Positions 1-11,403 of a DNA stretch of 64,000 bases are shown here, piece by piece. How positions within the stretch are numbered: the stretch's first letter is position 1; each line of letters begins with the position of its first letter. The DNA lies in assembly GCA_973895155.1 (NCBI GenBank), contig OZ316898.1, positions 21,244,262 through 21,308,261 on the forward strand, read 5' to 3'. The notes beneath the pieces are model-generated. The model saw nothing but the letters and a program-made list of their open reading frames with translations. It had not been told where the DNA came from and searched no databases. The position numbers were made by a program, and so were the translations under genes. Source of the DNA: Marsupella aquatica. Lineage: Eukaryota > Plantae > Marchantiophyta.

Positions 1-99
1 CGCTAAGCCGCGGAAACGGCCTCGCCAAGCACGAAACCTGCGGGAATCGGCTTGAGCTGGGGGGTTTCTTGGGTTTAGGGAGCCATGGGACGCACCACA
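1..99 (+). mobile_element. 3' end of a family-A Ty3/Gypsy LTR (rest of element lies left of the window), inserted into another family-A LTR
   Basis: Matches the last ~99 nt of the LTRs ending at 41398 and 52272 (…gggagccatgggacgcaccaca). It is followed not by the PBS but by minus-strand family-A LTR sequence (acaagtgttgctcc). Confidence 0.92.
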
Positions 100-3000
100 A
101 CAAGTGTTGCTCCTACCAGTGGAACCGCAATCCCACTAAGCTAAGTGTCAGGGCTGCTCCTGGTCCTGATCCTAATCCTAAACTTGGAGATCAGCGCCCA
201 CCCTGCCCACTCACGCCTCCTCCCTCCACGTCCGCCCTCCCTAAAAGGAACGGCACCCTTGCACCGTCACGACACCGGTGGAGGATCCTTAATGGACACC
301 CCCAACGCTTCCTCCTCAGCCACTGCCGTAGGTTCATTCTCTGACAGATTACCTGCCCTTGACTGAGTCAACTCTCCATCGGCCTGACTGGGTCCACCAT
401 CGGCGTCGGCATCGGCTCGGGAATCGGTTACGGCCTCAGCCTCGGCTATGGTCTCCCCGGCCTGCTCAAGAGGCGGATCTGGAATACCGGCCTCATTACT
501 GAGTAGTTCGGCTTGGGCCGCACCACCCCCACCTGTGATGATAGGGGGATCTATTGCCGTATTCATGCCGGAGGATGGTGCTGGTTCTACCTCCTTGGTC
601 ACCACGGCTTGTGGAGTCGGATTACTCCTTGACCCTGAAGGTTTCCGCTTTTTCTTCTTTTCTAGTTCGGCAGCTGGTCCCTTCCCCTTCCCACCTACTT
701 CCGGCATTGGTGCAGGTGGCGCGGCTTTTTCTTCGGCCAGTACCACTCCTGGTAACTTGGTTGCCCCAATTGGAGTTGGGCCTGATGAAGACAAGCACTT
801 AAATACTGCGGCTTGTTTCTTCAGCCGCTCCGTTTGGTTGTCGGCCCGCCGCTGGAGGTTCTCCATCTTCCTCGTGATTTCCTCCAACTCCTCCTGGGTC
901 TCATCCAGGTCCTTGCATGCCTCCTCTAGTTCCTTCTGGGCTTCCTCCCATTCTTGTTTCAAGGTAGTCCTCTCCTCCCGGGTTGCTCTTAGCTCCTTGT
1001 CGAGCTCTGCAATGATGACAGACTCCATCTGGTTCATCTTGGCGTAAGTCTGATCGAGCATCTCGTCCTTCTCCCTTAGGTCGGCCTTGAAGCTAGCCGT
1101 CAGGGACGCAAGCTCCTGCTGCAGCGCCATAATCCCTTGATAGGATTTCCCTAACTCGGCCTCCTTCTGCTCAAGGGCTCCGCGGATTTTCTCGAGCTCC
1201 CCCTTCAACGCCCATTCCTTTCTTTGGGTCTCCGCCATGGCCTGGTTGTTGGCTGTTATGTGGGCCTCCTCTGTATTCTTCAGCTCTTGCTTCCACTTCT
1301 CCCTCTCTTTGATCGTGTCGGCCAACTCTCCCTGCGTCTGAGTCAATTTATCCTTGATATTCTGATTATCAGCCTGCGCGGTGCCCAACTGCCCCTGCAT
1401 GATGTTCAACTCATGCCGTTTAATCCGCAGTTCATCTTGGGCTTTCTTGGCCGCCCTTAGATCTTCAATCTCGGCTTCCATCCTCCTAAGCCGCCGAATG
1501 ACCTCGTCCTTCTTGCTTCTCTCTAAAGCCACCGCTTCTTCTAATTGGTGCTTCTCCAACTGCTCCCTATGGAAAAAGGGTCCTACCTCCAACTCCTCTC
1601 CAAAGATGCCGAGCGCAAGTTCCCCACACATCTCACCATACTCCATGGCTCTATTCTTAGCATAGGTGGAGTAAGTAGAAGTGATCGGCATCGCCCATCG
1701 CGGCCTCTGCTCCCAAGCCGTCTTGCGGATCTCTTCAATCGTGGCTAGAGGTTTGCTTCCTTTTTTGGCTAGCCGCCTGATGTCCTCCGGCCAATCTCCT
1801 CCTGGTAAATCATTTTCCCTAGCCAGGGCTGCCTCCTCTTCCTGCCTGATTCGCTCCTGAAATTCCTGCACCGTCTGTTTTATGCCGTCAAAGCTCGGGG
1901 GAGCAACATCTGGTGGGGGAGACTCAGGGCTACTCTACTGGTTGGGGTCCCCTCGCACTACCCTTGGAAGTGTGGGGACAAACCGGCCACAGGTCCTTAC
2001 TCCTGGAACGTGATGGTCCGACCCATAGCCAAAATTATCATGGCTGTAGTCCTCCACTGCCTCCTCTACTTCTTGGACGTCCGGCTTCTCCCTCTCCTCT
2101 TTGTCGGTAGGAGCTTCAGGCAATTCTGCCTCTGATTCGGAGCTTGAGATTCCCACATACATTCGAACACCTGGCTTGGATTCCGGCCTGATTCTCTCCT
2201 TGTCTCCAGCAAAGGGGTTTTCTCTTGTGAGCAGGTGTAGGCCTACCTCTGTAGTAGTGTCCTGCATTGTTGCCGTTGCCGTTGTTGTTGCCGATGCCGA
2301 TCTCTTTTCTTTCTCCAGTAGTTTCAGCAGACTCTGCATGCCTGGTTGCTGCATCGGCAAGTCCTCCTTCTTGGGTCTAAACACCTTCTCGATCGTAGGG
2401 CTAACAGGTGGTTGAGGCTTCTCAGCCAACGGCCTCGGTGTTGGAGCTTCCTCGGGTGCCCTTACCTGTAGGGGAAGTACTGGGGCAAAAGTCTGACCTC
2501 TAGCATACCGGCACAACAGCGGCATGTGATAGCCAAGCCGCGACACGCTCCCCATACCGATTACCTACTGCTCCTCCTTTAAGATCTTCTTCAATTGGTT
2601 GAGGAGGTACCCGTTGTAGTCCCGGCTTGGGTCTGGCCTTTCTGCCAGATAGACCTGTGCCTTGCCGATCTCTGCCCTCGGCAAGTTACAATGCATGGTC
2701 ACCCGCAAGAAGTCGATCATCTCTCCTATGTGCGGGTTGGTGCAGGTGTTCCGGAAGAAGCCATTCTTCGTTGATGGCCCGGGGAACGACCGGAACTCCT
2801 TGTCAGGCAAGGTCTTCCTGGTATCAACTTTGGTCTTATTGCCTATCGGCAAGCCAAACACTTCGGCAATTACCTTGGGAGTAAGATAGAAATCCTTCCC
2901 ATATATCCTCGTGCAATTGGTCTCGGGTTCCCATGACCCCACGAATTCTAATAGGTCTGACTCTGGTACCTCCGGCTTCAGCCATGGTAATCTTACAAAG

Positions 3001-4017
3001 GCCTCTAAGCCGGATCCGGCCATGAAGCCTTGGTACTTCTTGGTCTGCATGGCCGTAAAGCATGCATCCTCCTCCCGTGCAAAATGTAGTTGCACCTCCA
3101 CCGGTAGGGTTGCCGCCCAGCCCTTCCAGGTGTCATCCCTGGTTGGAATGGCCTTGATGGGATCGACCTCCTCCTCTTCGGCTTCTCCCTGCCTCCTGCT
3201 CTGCTGCTCGGCTGGCTTCTTTGGTGCCGCCGACCTCATTCTTTTTGCCGGGGTGGCTTCATCGTTGACAGCTCCCTTCCTCTTCATCTCTGCTGCCGTG
3301 GAGGTTTCTCCTAGCACCGTTGCCTGGGTCCACCTTTCCGTGCTACCCTTTAATTCCCAGTGTATGTCGTTGCAGTTCTTGATGGCCTCTTGGATGCCGA
3401 CGACGCTGTCTTTGCAAAACAGAAGATCGTCGAGTTGATTGGAAGTAGGCGTCCACAGGAACTCGTCCTTGATGAGTTCGCCTCCTAAGAAAGCCGTCTT
3501 CTGCAGCTCCCACAATCGAGCGAGCTCCTGCCGTTCTTGAGCTGCCCTTTCTGATTCCTCGTCCTCGTAAGTCTTGATGTACTCAGTTGCCCGTTCGAAC
3601 AGGCATCCCCAGAAATGTGTCGCTTGATTGACGTTGCTCATACCCTCCTTAGGTCGATCGTCGGTATCTACTCTCTCCCCGAGTGCTTGCCTAAGCAGCT
3701 GACAGTAGTTGGCCTCCCGTAGTCGTCTACCTAGTTCGTGCTCGCAAATGAGCCACCATCTCCTGCAAGCGCTCCTTACCCCTCTCCTCTGCCGGTCCTT
3801 CTTCCCGTTGATCCTTCCTAGCCGCCGACGCTTAATGCGCCCTAACCCTAATCGAGTTTTCACCCTCAGCATCCTTACCTCCGGCCTCGGCCCTGGTTCC
3901 ATGGTTGCCCCTAATGGTTTATATTTTCCTTGTTTTGTCCCTATACTAAGGTGTTCCTAGGGTGCCTTCCTGCTTTACCCACTTAACTGGCCGAGTGATT
4001 CCTGTCTAGGCATCACA
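100..4017 (-). mobile_element. Family-A giant LTR copy (5' LTR or solo LTR), interrupted at 99/100
   Basis: Reverse complement of 36738-~40640. It ends …ctaggcatcaca at 4017 (= tgtgatgcctag LTR start). No PPT beyond 4017; the flank there is family-B gag sequence. Confidence 0.92.
267..3902 (-). pseudogene. LTR-encoded ~1211-codon ORF, broken by two in-frame TAG stops
   Basis: ORFs 2565..3902, 1935..2555 and 267..1871 are in one frame. The stops at 2565 and 1935 correspond to CAG in the other copies. Highly similar to the 36853-40476 protein. Confidence 0.88.
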
Positions 4018-7000
4018 GTGGCAGAGCACCCTAATCCATCTGACGAGGCTGAGTGCTACCGAGTGTCAAGAGCCGAACGGAAGGAAGAGAAGCAGGAGGA
4101 GAAACGCAGGAAAAAGCAAGATACTACTCCGGTGTAGCCAGAAATAGACATACCCCCGGAGAAGGACGATGACTACCATCGGGATGACCTGAAGCTATTC
4201 TACCCCCGCATCAAAGAACTGGTAAAGAAACAGTTGGAGGCCTACGAAGCTCGGGAATACCAGAAGGCAATCGATAAGGACATCAAAGCAGCCGAGACCG
4301 CCCGGCGACAGGAGCAAGAAAAGCAAGAGGAAGTCAAGCAGCAGCCAAAGGAAGAAAAGAAGGAGGACTATGATATTAAGGAAGACGTGAAGAGTTTCCC
4401 GGTTACAGCGACGGTGGGGCAACTACTGTAGAACATCCCATAGTACAGACGGCAACTAAGGGAGTTGCTCACGGGTCGCCAATAGAGGAGACTACCCCAA
4501 GTCGGGATCGCGGACTGCAACATGATATGCGAGGACCTGGGAGCACCGGACATCTTGATTGAAATTAATAATTGTACCATCAAGATGGTTCTCGTAGACG
4601 GAGGAGCGAGAGTCAACATCATGACTGAAGAAACATCAGTCAAGTTAGGATACCTCACGTATCAACCCACAGCCCGAGCTATCAGATTAGCAAACGGGGC
4701 AAGGGTCCTTCCATTGGGCACGCTCACACGGGTACTCACTCTGGTAGGAAGGGTGGAGTTCTATCTCAACTTCCTAGTCATGAGGCCGGTTCAGCCCTCC
4801 TCTTATCCGGTCCTCCTAGGCAGGCCGTGGCTGTACGGTGGCTGTGTAGTCACGGATTGGGGAAAGAAGGAGCTACGGTTCGGGACACCCACAGTACGGG
4901 TATCATGGGCAATGGACGATTACCAGGGCAAAACTCCACAGGGACCCGAGGAATATGATTTGGAGACCTCGGAGGAAGAGGAACTCAATATGATCGAACT
5001 CATCTCGTCCCTGTCCGAGGAAGATGTCTTCGGTGTTGAGGCAACCCGGGAAACACATCTCCTGAATTACCCGAAGGCTGCTATTGAGTCCACCCCAAGC
5101 ACCTCTACTGCCTGGGCTGAGGAAACGCAAAAACGATTCATCGATACGGAGGACACGGCTCCAGCTAAGCAGGGAGCCGATGCTGCTTCTACCAGTGCAG
5201 AGCCTCGTGACCATGAACCAGCTAAACAACCGCCCAAAGCCAAAACCCGAGGCCGAGACATAAGAAACGAGTCTCCTGGGATCCGTCCATCCCGCAATTG
5301 GAGGAAGTAACTCCAATCCCAAAACCAATCCCGGTTCCACCCATGTACGGAGGAGTTTGGTTAGCTGAACTTGATGCGAGCCTGGACCCGAGCTTGCGGA
5401 ACCAGGTTGAAGTCATCAGGAAGGAGCACTACCGGAAGTACACCATTGGGATGGATAAGTCTTTTAACCTGGGCCACGCTCTGACAAGGGAGGCGGAAAA
5501 ATCTATCCAGGCTTTGCTCAAGGAATATGAAGATGTGTTTGCATGGAGTCATCACAATTTAACAGGAGTCTCCCCCGAGTTGGGAGAACACACGATCGAT
5601 CTGAACCTAGGAGCCCATGCAGTACGGCAACGACAATGTCGCATGAACCCGAGGTACTCCATCTTAGTGAAGGAGGAAATTGATTGTCTCCTTGCCGCAG
5701 ATATCATCTACCCGGTTATGGCCAGCGAATGGGTCTCTCCCATCGTCATTGTACCAAAAAAGGGAGGTACAGACGGAAAACCTAAGATCCGGATCTGTCA
5801 GGACTATCGTAAGCTGAACGACGCGACCCAAAAAGACCATTACCCGTTACCATTCACGGACATGGTTCTAGATATGGTAGCCCGAAATGAAATTTATACA
5901 TTCCTTGATGGGTATTTGGATTATAACCAAATCTGGATTCGCTTCTCGGATCAGCTCAAAACAACGTTCACTACAGAATGGGGGACTTTCGCATTTTGGA
6001 GAATGCCGTTCGGACTGTGTAACGCTCCGGCCATGTTTCAGCGACTCATGATGAATATCTTCCACGATTTCCTACGGGAATTTCTGGAGATATTTATCGA
6101 CGATTTTGCCATCTTTGGAACCGTCGCCATGCACCCCGAACACCTAAGGCGTACGTTGCAACGATGCCGAGAGGTTAACCTCAAACTACATCCCGCCAAA
6201 TGCTTTTTTGGGGTAGAGGAGGGAGTGTTACTCGGGCATCGTGTGTCCAAATGGGGTATCGAGGTGGACCAAGAGAAGGTCGCGGCCTGGATGGCGATGG
6301 TGTTTCCCGTGGATCAAAAAGTGGTACGATCCTTCTTGGGCTGTGTAGGGTACTACCGCCGGTTCATTAAAGACTGCTAAAATTGCGTTGCCCTTAATTG
6401 AGATGATGAAGAAGGACGCGGTGATCGAGGAGACACCCCGAAGATGGATTGCTTTCGAAGAACTCCGTAAACGACTCACCACCGCACCTATCATGGTCAC
6501 TCCAGACTGGAATAAGGAGTTCCACGTGTATGTCGATGTGTCAGGGTTCTGTATTGGGTCCGTACTTAGTCAGCTAGATGAGGATGGACGTGATCACCCC
6601 ATCTATTTTGCTAGCCGTCAACTATTTGCAGCCAAAAAGAATTATTCCCCCACTGATTGAGAAGCTCTGGGAATAATCTACTCGTGTAAAAAGTTCCGAC
6701 ACTATCTGCTCGGCTACAAGGTCATATTCCACACGGATCATGATAGCCTGAAGTACATGGTCAACAAAGCGGACGTGACGGGACGGATAGCCCGGTGGGT
6801 GCTACTTCTCCAGGAATTTAACTACGAAGTTTGGGTTCGGCTAGGAAAGATACACCTCAACACCAATTTCTTTTCAAGGCTAGACGGCGTACCAGTCGAT
6901 CAGCCAATTAATGATATTTTTCCGGATGAGGATTTGTTCCACGTAAGGGCGGGGACGACAACGTGGTATGGTTCAATAATCACCTTCCTCTTAATGGGCC

Positions 7001-8247
7001 GCATCCCTGACAGCATCAATCAGGAAGCTGCCACTGTGTTTTTAAGGAAAGCCGGGCCTTATGTCATGATACAGGGCCACCTACATAAGGAAGGAGCTAA
7101 TGGGAAAGTACAACGCTGCTTAGAGTATAAGGAAACGCTTATCGTGATGCGGGCCCTACATGAAGAAGAAGCGGGAGGCCATTTCGCGGCTATCACGACA
7201 TCCCGAAAGATTCTGGACTCGGGATATTGGTGGCCTACGTTGCATCGGGATGTACAACGCTTCATCAAAGGGTGTGACCTGTGTCAGCGGGCTGGGGCCC
7301 CGAGACGAGCTCATCATCACCCTCTCACGTCCGTGCTTCCATTAGCACAGTTTGAAAAGTGGGGTATTGATTATATCGGGCCGTTTACTCCCGTTACCCG
7401 AAGGCAAAGATGCAGGTACATCCTGCTGGCTATAGATTACTCCACCAAGTGGGTAGAAGTGCGGGCTATGGTAAAGGACGACGCCGCAACCAGCGCCAGG
7501 TTCTTATATGAACAGATTTCCACCCGGTTTGGACCGCCCTTAGAGTTGGTAAGCGACCGTGGAACACACTTCCTCAATGACACTATAGCCCAGCTTACGG
7601 AGCGTTACCTAGTCAAGCACCGCAAGACTACCCCTAAAGCCAACAGGATGGCAAAGAGAGCCAATGGTATCATTGGGAAGATCCTCAACAAAATTGTAGC
7701 TGCGCACAAAACGGATTGGGATGATAAGTTGTACGCAGCGGTGTACTCGTATAATTTAGCTTACAAAACTACTACGAGTCGCAGCCTGTACTTTCTCGTG
7801 TTCGGACAACATTCGTTGGTGCCCGTCGAGTTTGAAGTACGCACTCCACGGGTCAGCATTCGGGATCGCTTGCCCGAACCTGAAAGTTTGTCAGACCGAG
7901 CCTATCAGATTGAAGCCTTAGAAGAAGCACGGCTACTAGCATCTCGACATGCCGTACACCAGCAAGAAACTTCTAAGAAGCAGCACGACAAAGGACTACG
8001 GAAGGCTGATGTCGTGACAGGCGATCTGGTCCTTCTGTACAATAGTAGGTACATGCAGTTTCCAGGGAAGCTTCATACTCATTGGTTAGGGCCCTTCCTA
8101 GTCAATCAGATCTACCCTAACGGATCTTTGGAGCTTGCGACGTACGCCGGCGATTTACCCCCCACGCAAGTCAGTTACGATCGTGTAAAGAAGTATCACC
8201 ATCAAGACGACAACGCCAAAAGTGATGTTCGCGAGGACGCTTCATAG
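4018..8247 (+). pseudogene. Degraded gag-pol: aspartic protease, reverse transcriptase, RNase H, integrase
   Basis: Motifs LVDGGARVNI (PR); CQDYRKLN, FGLCNAP, FIDDFAI (RT); VDVSGFCIG..QLD..HPIYFASR (RH); GHF..CDLC, WGIDYIGP, SDRGTHF, WLGPF (IN). Several stops and frameshifts. Confidence 0.92.
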
Positions 8248-8249
8248 TT

Positions 8250-8262
8250 AAGCAGGGAGCTA
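8250..8262 (+). other. Polypurine tract of family-B element
   Basis: aagcagggagcta lies immediately before LTR start TGTGA, homologous to 47610-47622. Confidence 0.8.
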
Positions 8263-8621
8263 TGTGACGCCGCCGATACGGCGAGTAATGAGTAATTCAG
8301 TCTAGACCGCGCTTAGCACGCGCGTTAGGGGTATCTTAGACCGCTATTATTAGCATAACGACAGTATTTAGGTAACCATTATGAGTAGGAAATCATTAGT
8401 CAATAAGGGGAATTCATGTTCGGACTGGCAGCGTGTCGCCACTCGCATGCCCGGGTTGCGAGCGTGGAGAGGCCCCTCCCTCGGGTCCGTATAACGAACT
8501 TAGGGAAGTGGCCACTGACACGCGCTGACTCAAACTGACGGAGTGGCCGGTACACTACAAGCGTGAACGGTTCAGCCCATAGGCAAGGAGGAGACGTCGG
8601 GCGATCGACAAGCCCTCAAGG

Positions 8622-8628
8622 TATAAAA
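8622..8628 (+). promoter_or_regulatory. Candidate TATA box upstream of the family-B LTR ORF
   Basis: TATAAAA ~100 nt upstream of ATG 8730, followed by a CT-rich leader. Confidence 0.5.
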
Positions 8629-8729
8629 AGGGAGCCGACCCTTTGTAGTGCACCAGTCCATCAGTCCACGCGCTAGCTTCAACCCCAGCTCTCTCGTTCT
8701 CTCTTAGTCGCCACTGCTATCTCCTCTGA

Positions 8730-11403
8730 ATGTCGCACATGATTCTCTCCAGTTCGGCCATTCAATTCTGGACTCAGTTCCTATCTACCGGAAGACACTT
8801 GGCCGACTCATTGAAACACGCCAACCCGCGCCGATACAAAATCAAACGCGAGTACGAGAGAGCCATCCGCCTAGCAAGATGACACCACTATATCCTTAAC
8901 TTTGACTACCCGTCTCAGAGCGAGCTCTACCGACCAGCAGAGGTATCTAGGTACTTCTTCAACGGAGACAAATATATCGGTTTCTGGGAAGCATTGCTTC
9001 GGCTTCCGGATGAGGTCTTCAATATCCCGGGTACGATCGACTTGCAACGACATCACTTCAACCAAATCCCTGCTCAGGTTCGGGCTATCATCAACAGTGA
9101 GTCCAGCACTACCCGTTTGACAAGGCCATCTGCACTTGCTTCAAAGAACTTCTACCAGCACCTATAGAGCTTCATGGGAACTAGACCCTCAACCGCCAGC
9201 GCCGGCCTAGTCGACCCCATACCCATACCCGCACCAATGCAGACTCAGGCTCAGCTTTAGTCTCAGCCTCAGCCTCAGCCTCAGCCTAGCCAACCCCCAC
9301 CGCCGATCGCCCCGCCTGTACGAGTACGCTCCGTCATCAATGTTGTGGACCTTAGCGACGACGACAAGGCTACCCCACCCTTGCTCAGGCGGCCCAGAGG
9401 AGCAAACACTCAGGGGGCCAATACTACATCGTCCCCTCCCCATGCTTGGACCCAAGGAGCGGCTCCAGCAGACAACACGGTGACCATGGCCGCCCCGGGC
9501 CCAATACTAACGGCGGTAGCACTACCTATGCCCGATCGAGAGGATGGGGAGGTGTCACCCTCCCCAAGCCAGTCACGGGGGAAGAAGAGGAAGGAACCCG
9601 CCGCTGCATCCGGGTTACCATTGGCCACGGTAGCCGCGGCCAAGGTGACAATGCACCGAATGGGGGAAAACATGCATAAAAACATCCTCCATCCCAAGCA
9701 TGCGGTGTACCTGAAGACTCAAGGATTCGAGCACCTCGCTTCTCTCCCCTAGAACACTTGCACGTACTACGGGGAGGACATGACGGAATTCGTCAAGAAT
9801 TATGATGACGCACGTCAACATACTCGGCTGCGGGGAAGGAATATGTCCCTCGTGGAAGAACGGCTCAAGATGATCTTTGAGTTACCCGAAGGTGACCACC
9901 GAGTCAAATCACGGGCTCTCGGGGGTAAGGGAGCCAAGTACCAATCCTCCAGTTTTCCCTCCGAGGGAGCAGTGGACAACGGGTTCGTGATGAGGACCTG
10001 CCTCATCCCCAAGATAGCTGAGCGACTGGAGTTCCAAAGATACCCCCTCCACATGATGGAACCCCGGGGGGAGATCTCCGCTGCCCAGGTTATCCATGTC
10101 GAGAACTATTGACCTAGGAAGTGGGCGTCGTACTTTGCTAAAACATTCCATGAAGAGATGGAGCGGCAAAGAAAGACGCTATACATTGGCGGGAAGGCGT
10201 ATTTTGCTAGCCACATCGAGATCATTCTCAAGTGGTACGCTCAGTTTGATCGACGAACCCTTCCCCATGTCAACGTTACAAACCTGGTCCCAACTAGGTG
10301 GGTTTTCCCAGCCTTGGAGAGACGGCCCCAACCCGAGGCCCAAAGTCCAGCAGACACGCAGGCTTCACCCACCCCACCTCCACAAGTAGCTATAGTCGTG
10401 ACCGAGGAGGTACCGGATGGGTCGGTAATCGCAACCGTAGATGCGATCCAACAGGCCGGGCCAAGTACAGAAGTCGGTACAACGGAGGCCTTACTCGAGC
10501 CCGGGTCTCCCAAAGACCCACCGGTGGCTATTCCAAAGAACCAAACATTGCTGCAAGAGGACACTCCAACCCCTTCCAACACTACGTCCCCAGGGCTAGA
10601 TGTCACTGCCCCGGCCCCCGCGTGTGTTGACGTTTGCCCATGCCCAACTCCGGACAGGCACAACCTAGAATACCCGGAACTCTTCGTACCGGGCACATTT
10701 CTGAACGGGCTTCTGGGAGATTTCTCTCATCAAAATGCCCGGGATACCAGGGAGTTCATGGCCCGGAAGGTAGCCTGTTTCTTCAATCAGGAGTTGGTTG
10801 CCGCAATAAAGGCAGGTCGGGCCCAGTCAGAGGCCCTTCAGAGGATAGAGCGGTACCGAGGAGTCCGTATACTTAAAGAACAAAGTTGCAGCTCAAGAGG
10901 CTGAGCTTTTGCAACTACGACCCAAAGTTGCAACCGCCGATGAGTTGTTAGCGAAGGCGCACGACCTTACCGCCCTAGCCGAACAGGCCAAAGCCGGGAA
11001 GGAAGCCGAGATTGCACGACTCCGAAACCAGATTGACAGTTTGAAGAATCAAACTGTCATCTGGCAGAAAGACCTGGAGGAGGTCGAAGAACGGGCCCAA
11101 CGGGACACTGCGGAGATAGCCACGCTACAGGCCGAAGTGGCACGGCTCCAAACTGAAGCCGAGAAGCAGGACCAGCTGGTGGGCAAGCTGACGAGCAACG
11201 CCTAGCAACTGGAGGAGGCATGCCAGGAGGCAGCGGAGGAGACGGACGCGGCAAAGCAAGAGAACAAATCTCTGCTGGACCAGGTCCAGCTCCTCAAGGC
11301 GGACAATGACAGACTTGTAAGCAGCGGGATGGCCGCTCCCACTCGAGCGGCTTTGGCAAGCGTGCCAGGCATTAGCGGCGGAGTACGAATAGAACAGGGT
11401 TAG
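8730..11403 (+). pseudogene. Family-B LTR-encoded ORF (~890 codons), homologue of the family-A LTR ORF
   Basis: ATG 8730 and ORFs 9345, 9780 and 10158 share one frame (separated by point stops). A frameshift near 10900 leads into a coiled-coil tail. The segment GFEHLASLP..EFVKNYD..RGRNMSL..IFELPEG..SFP..NGF..TC..LEF.R..H..PRGEI..AQV aligns by eye to family A. Confidence 0.78.
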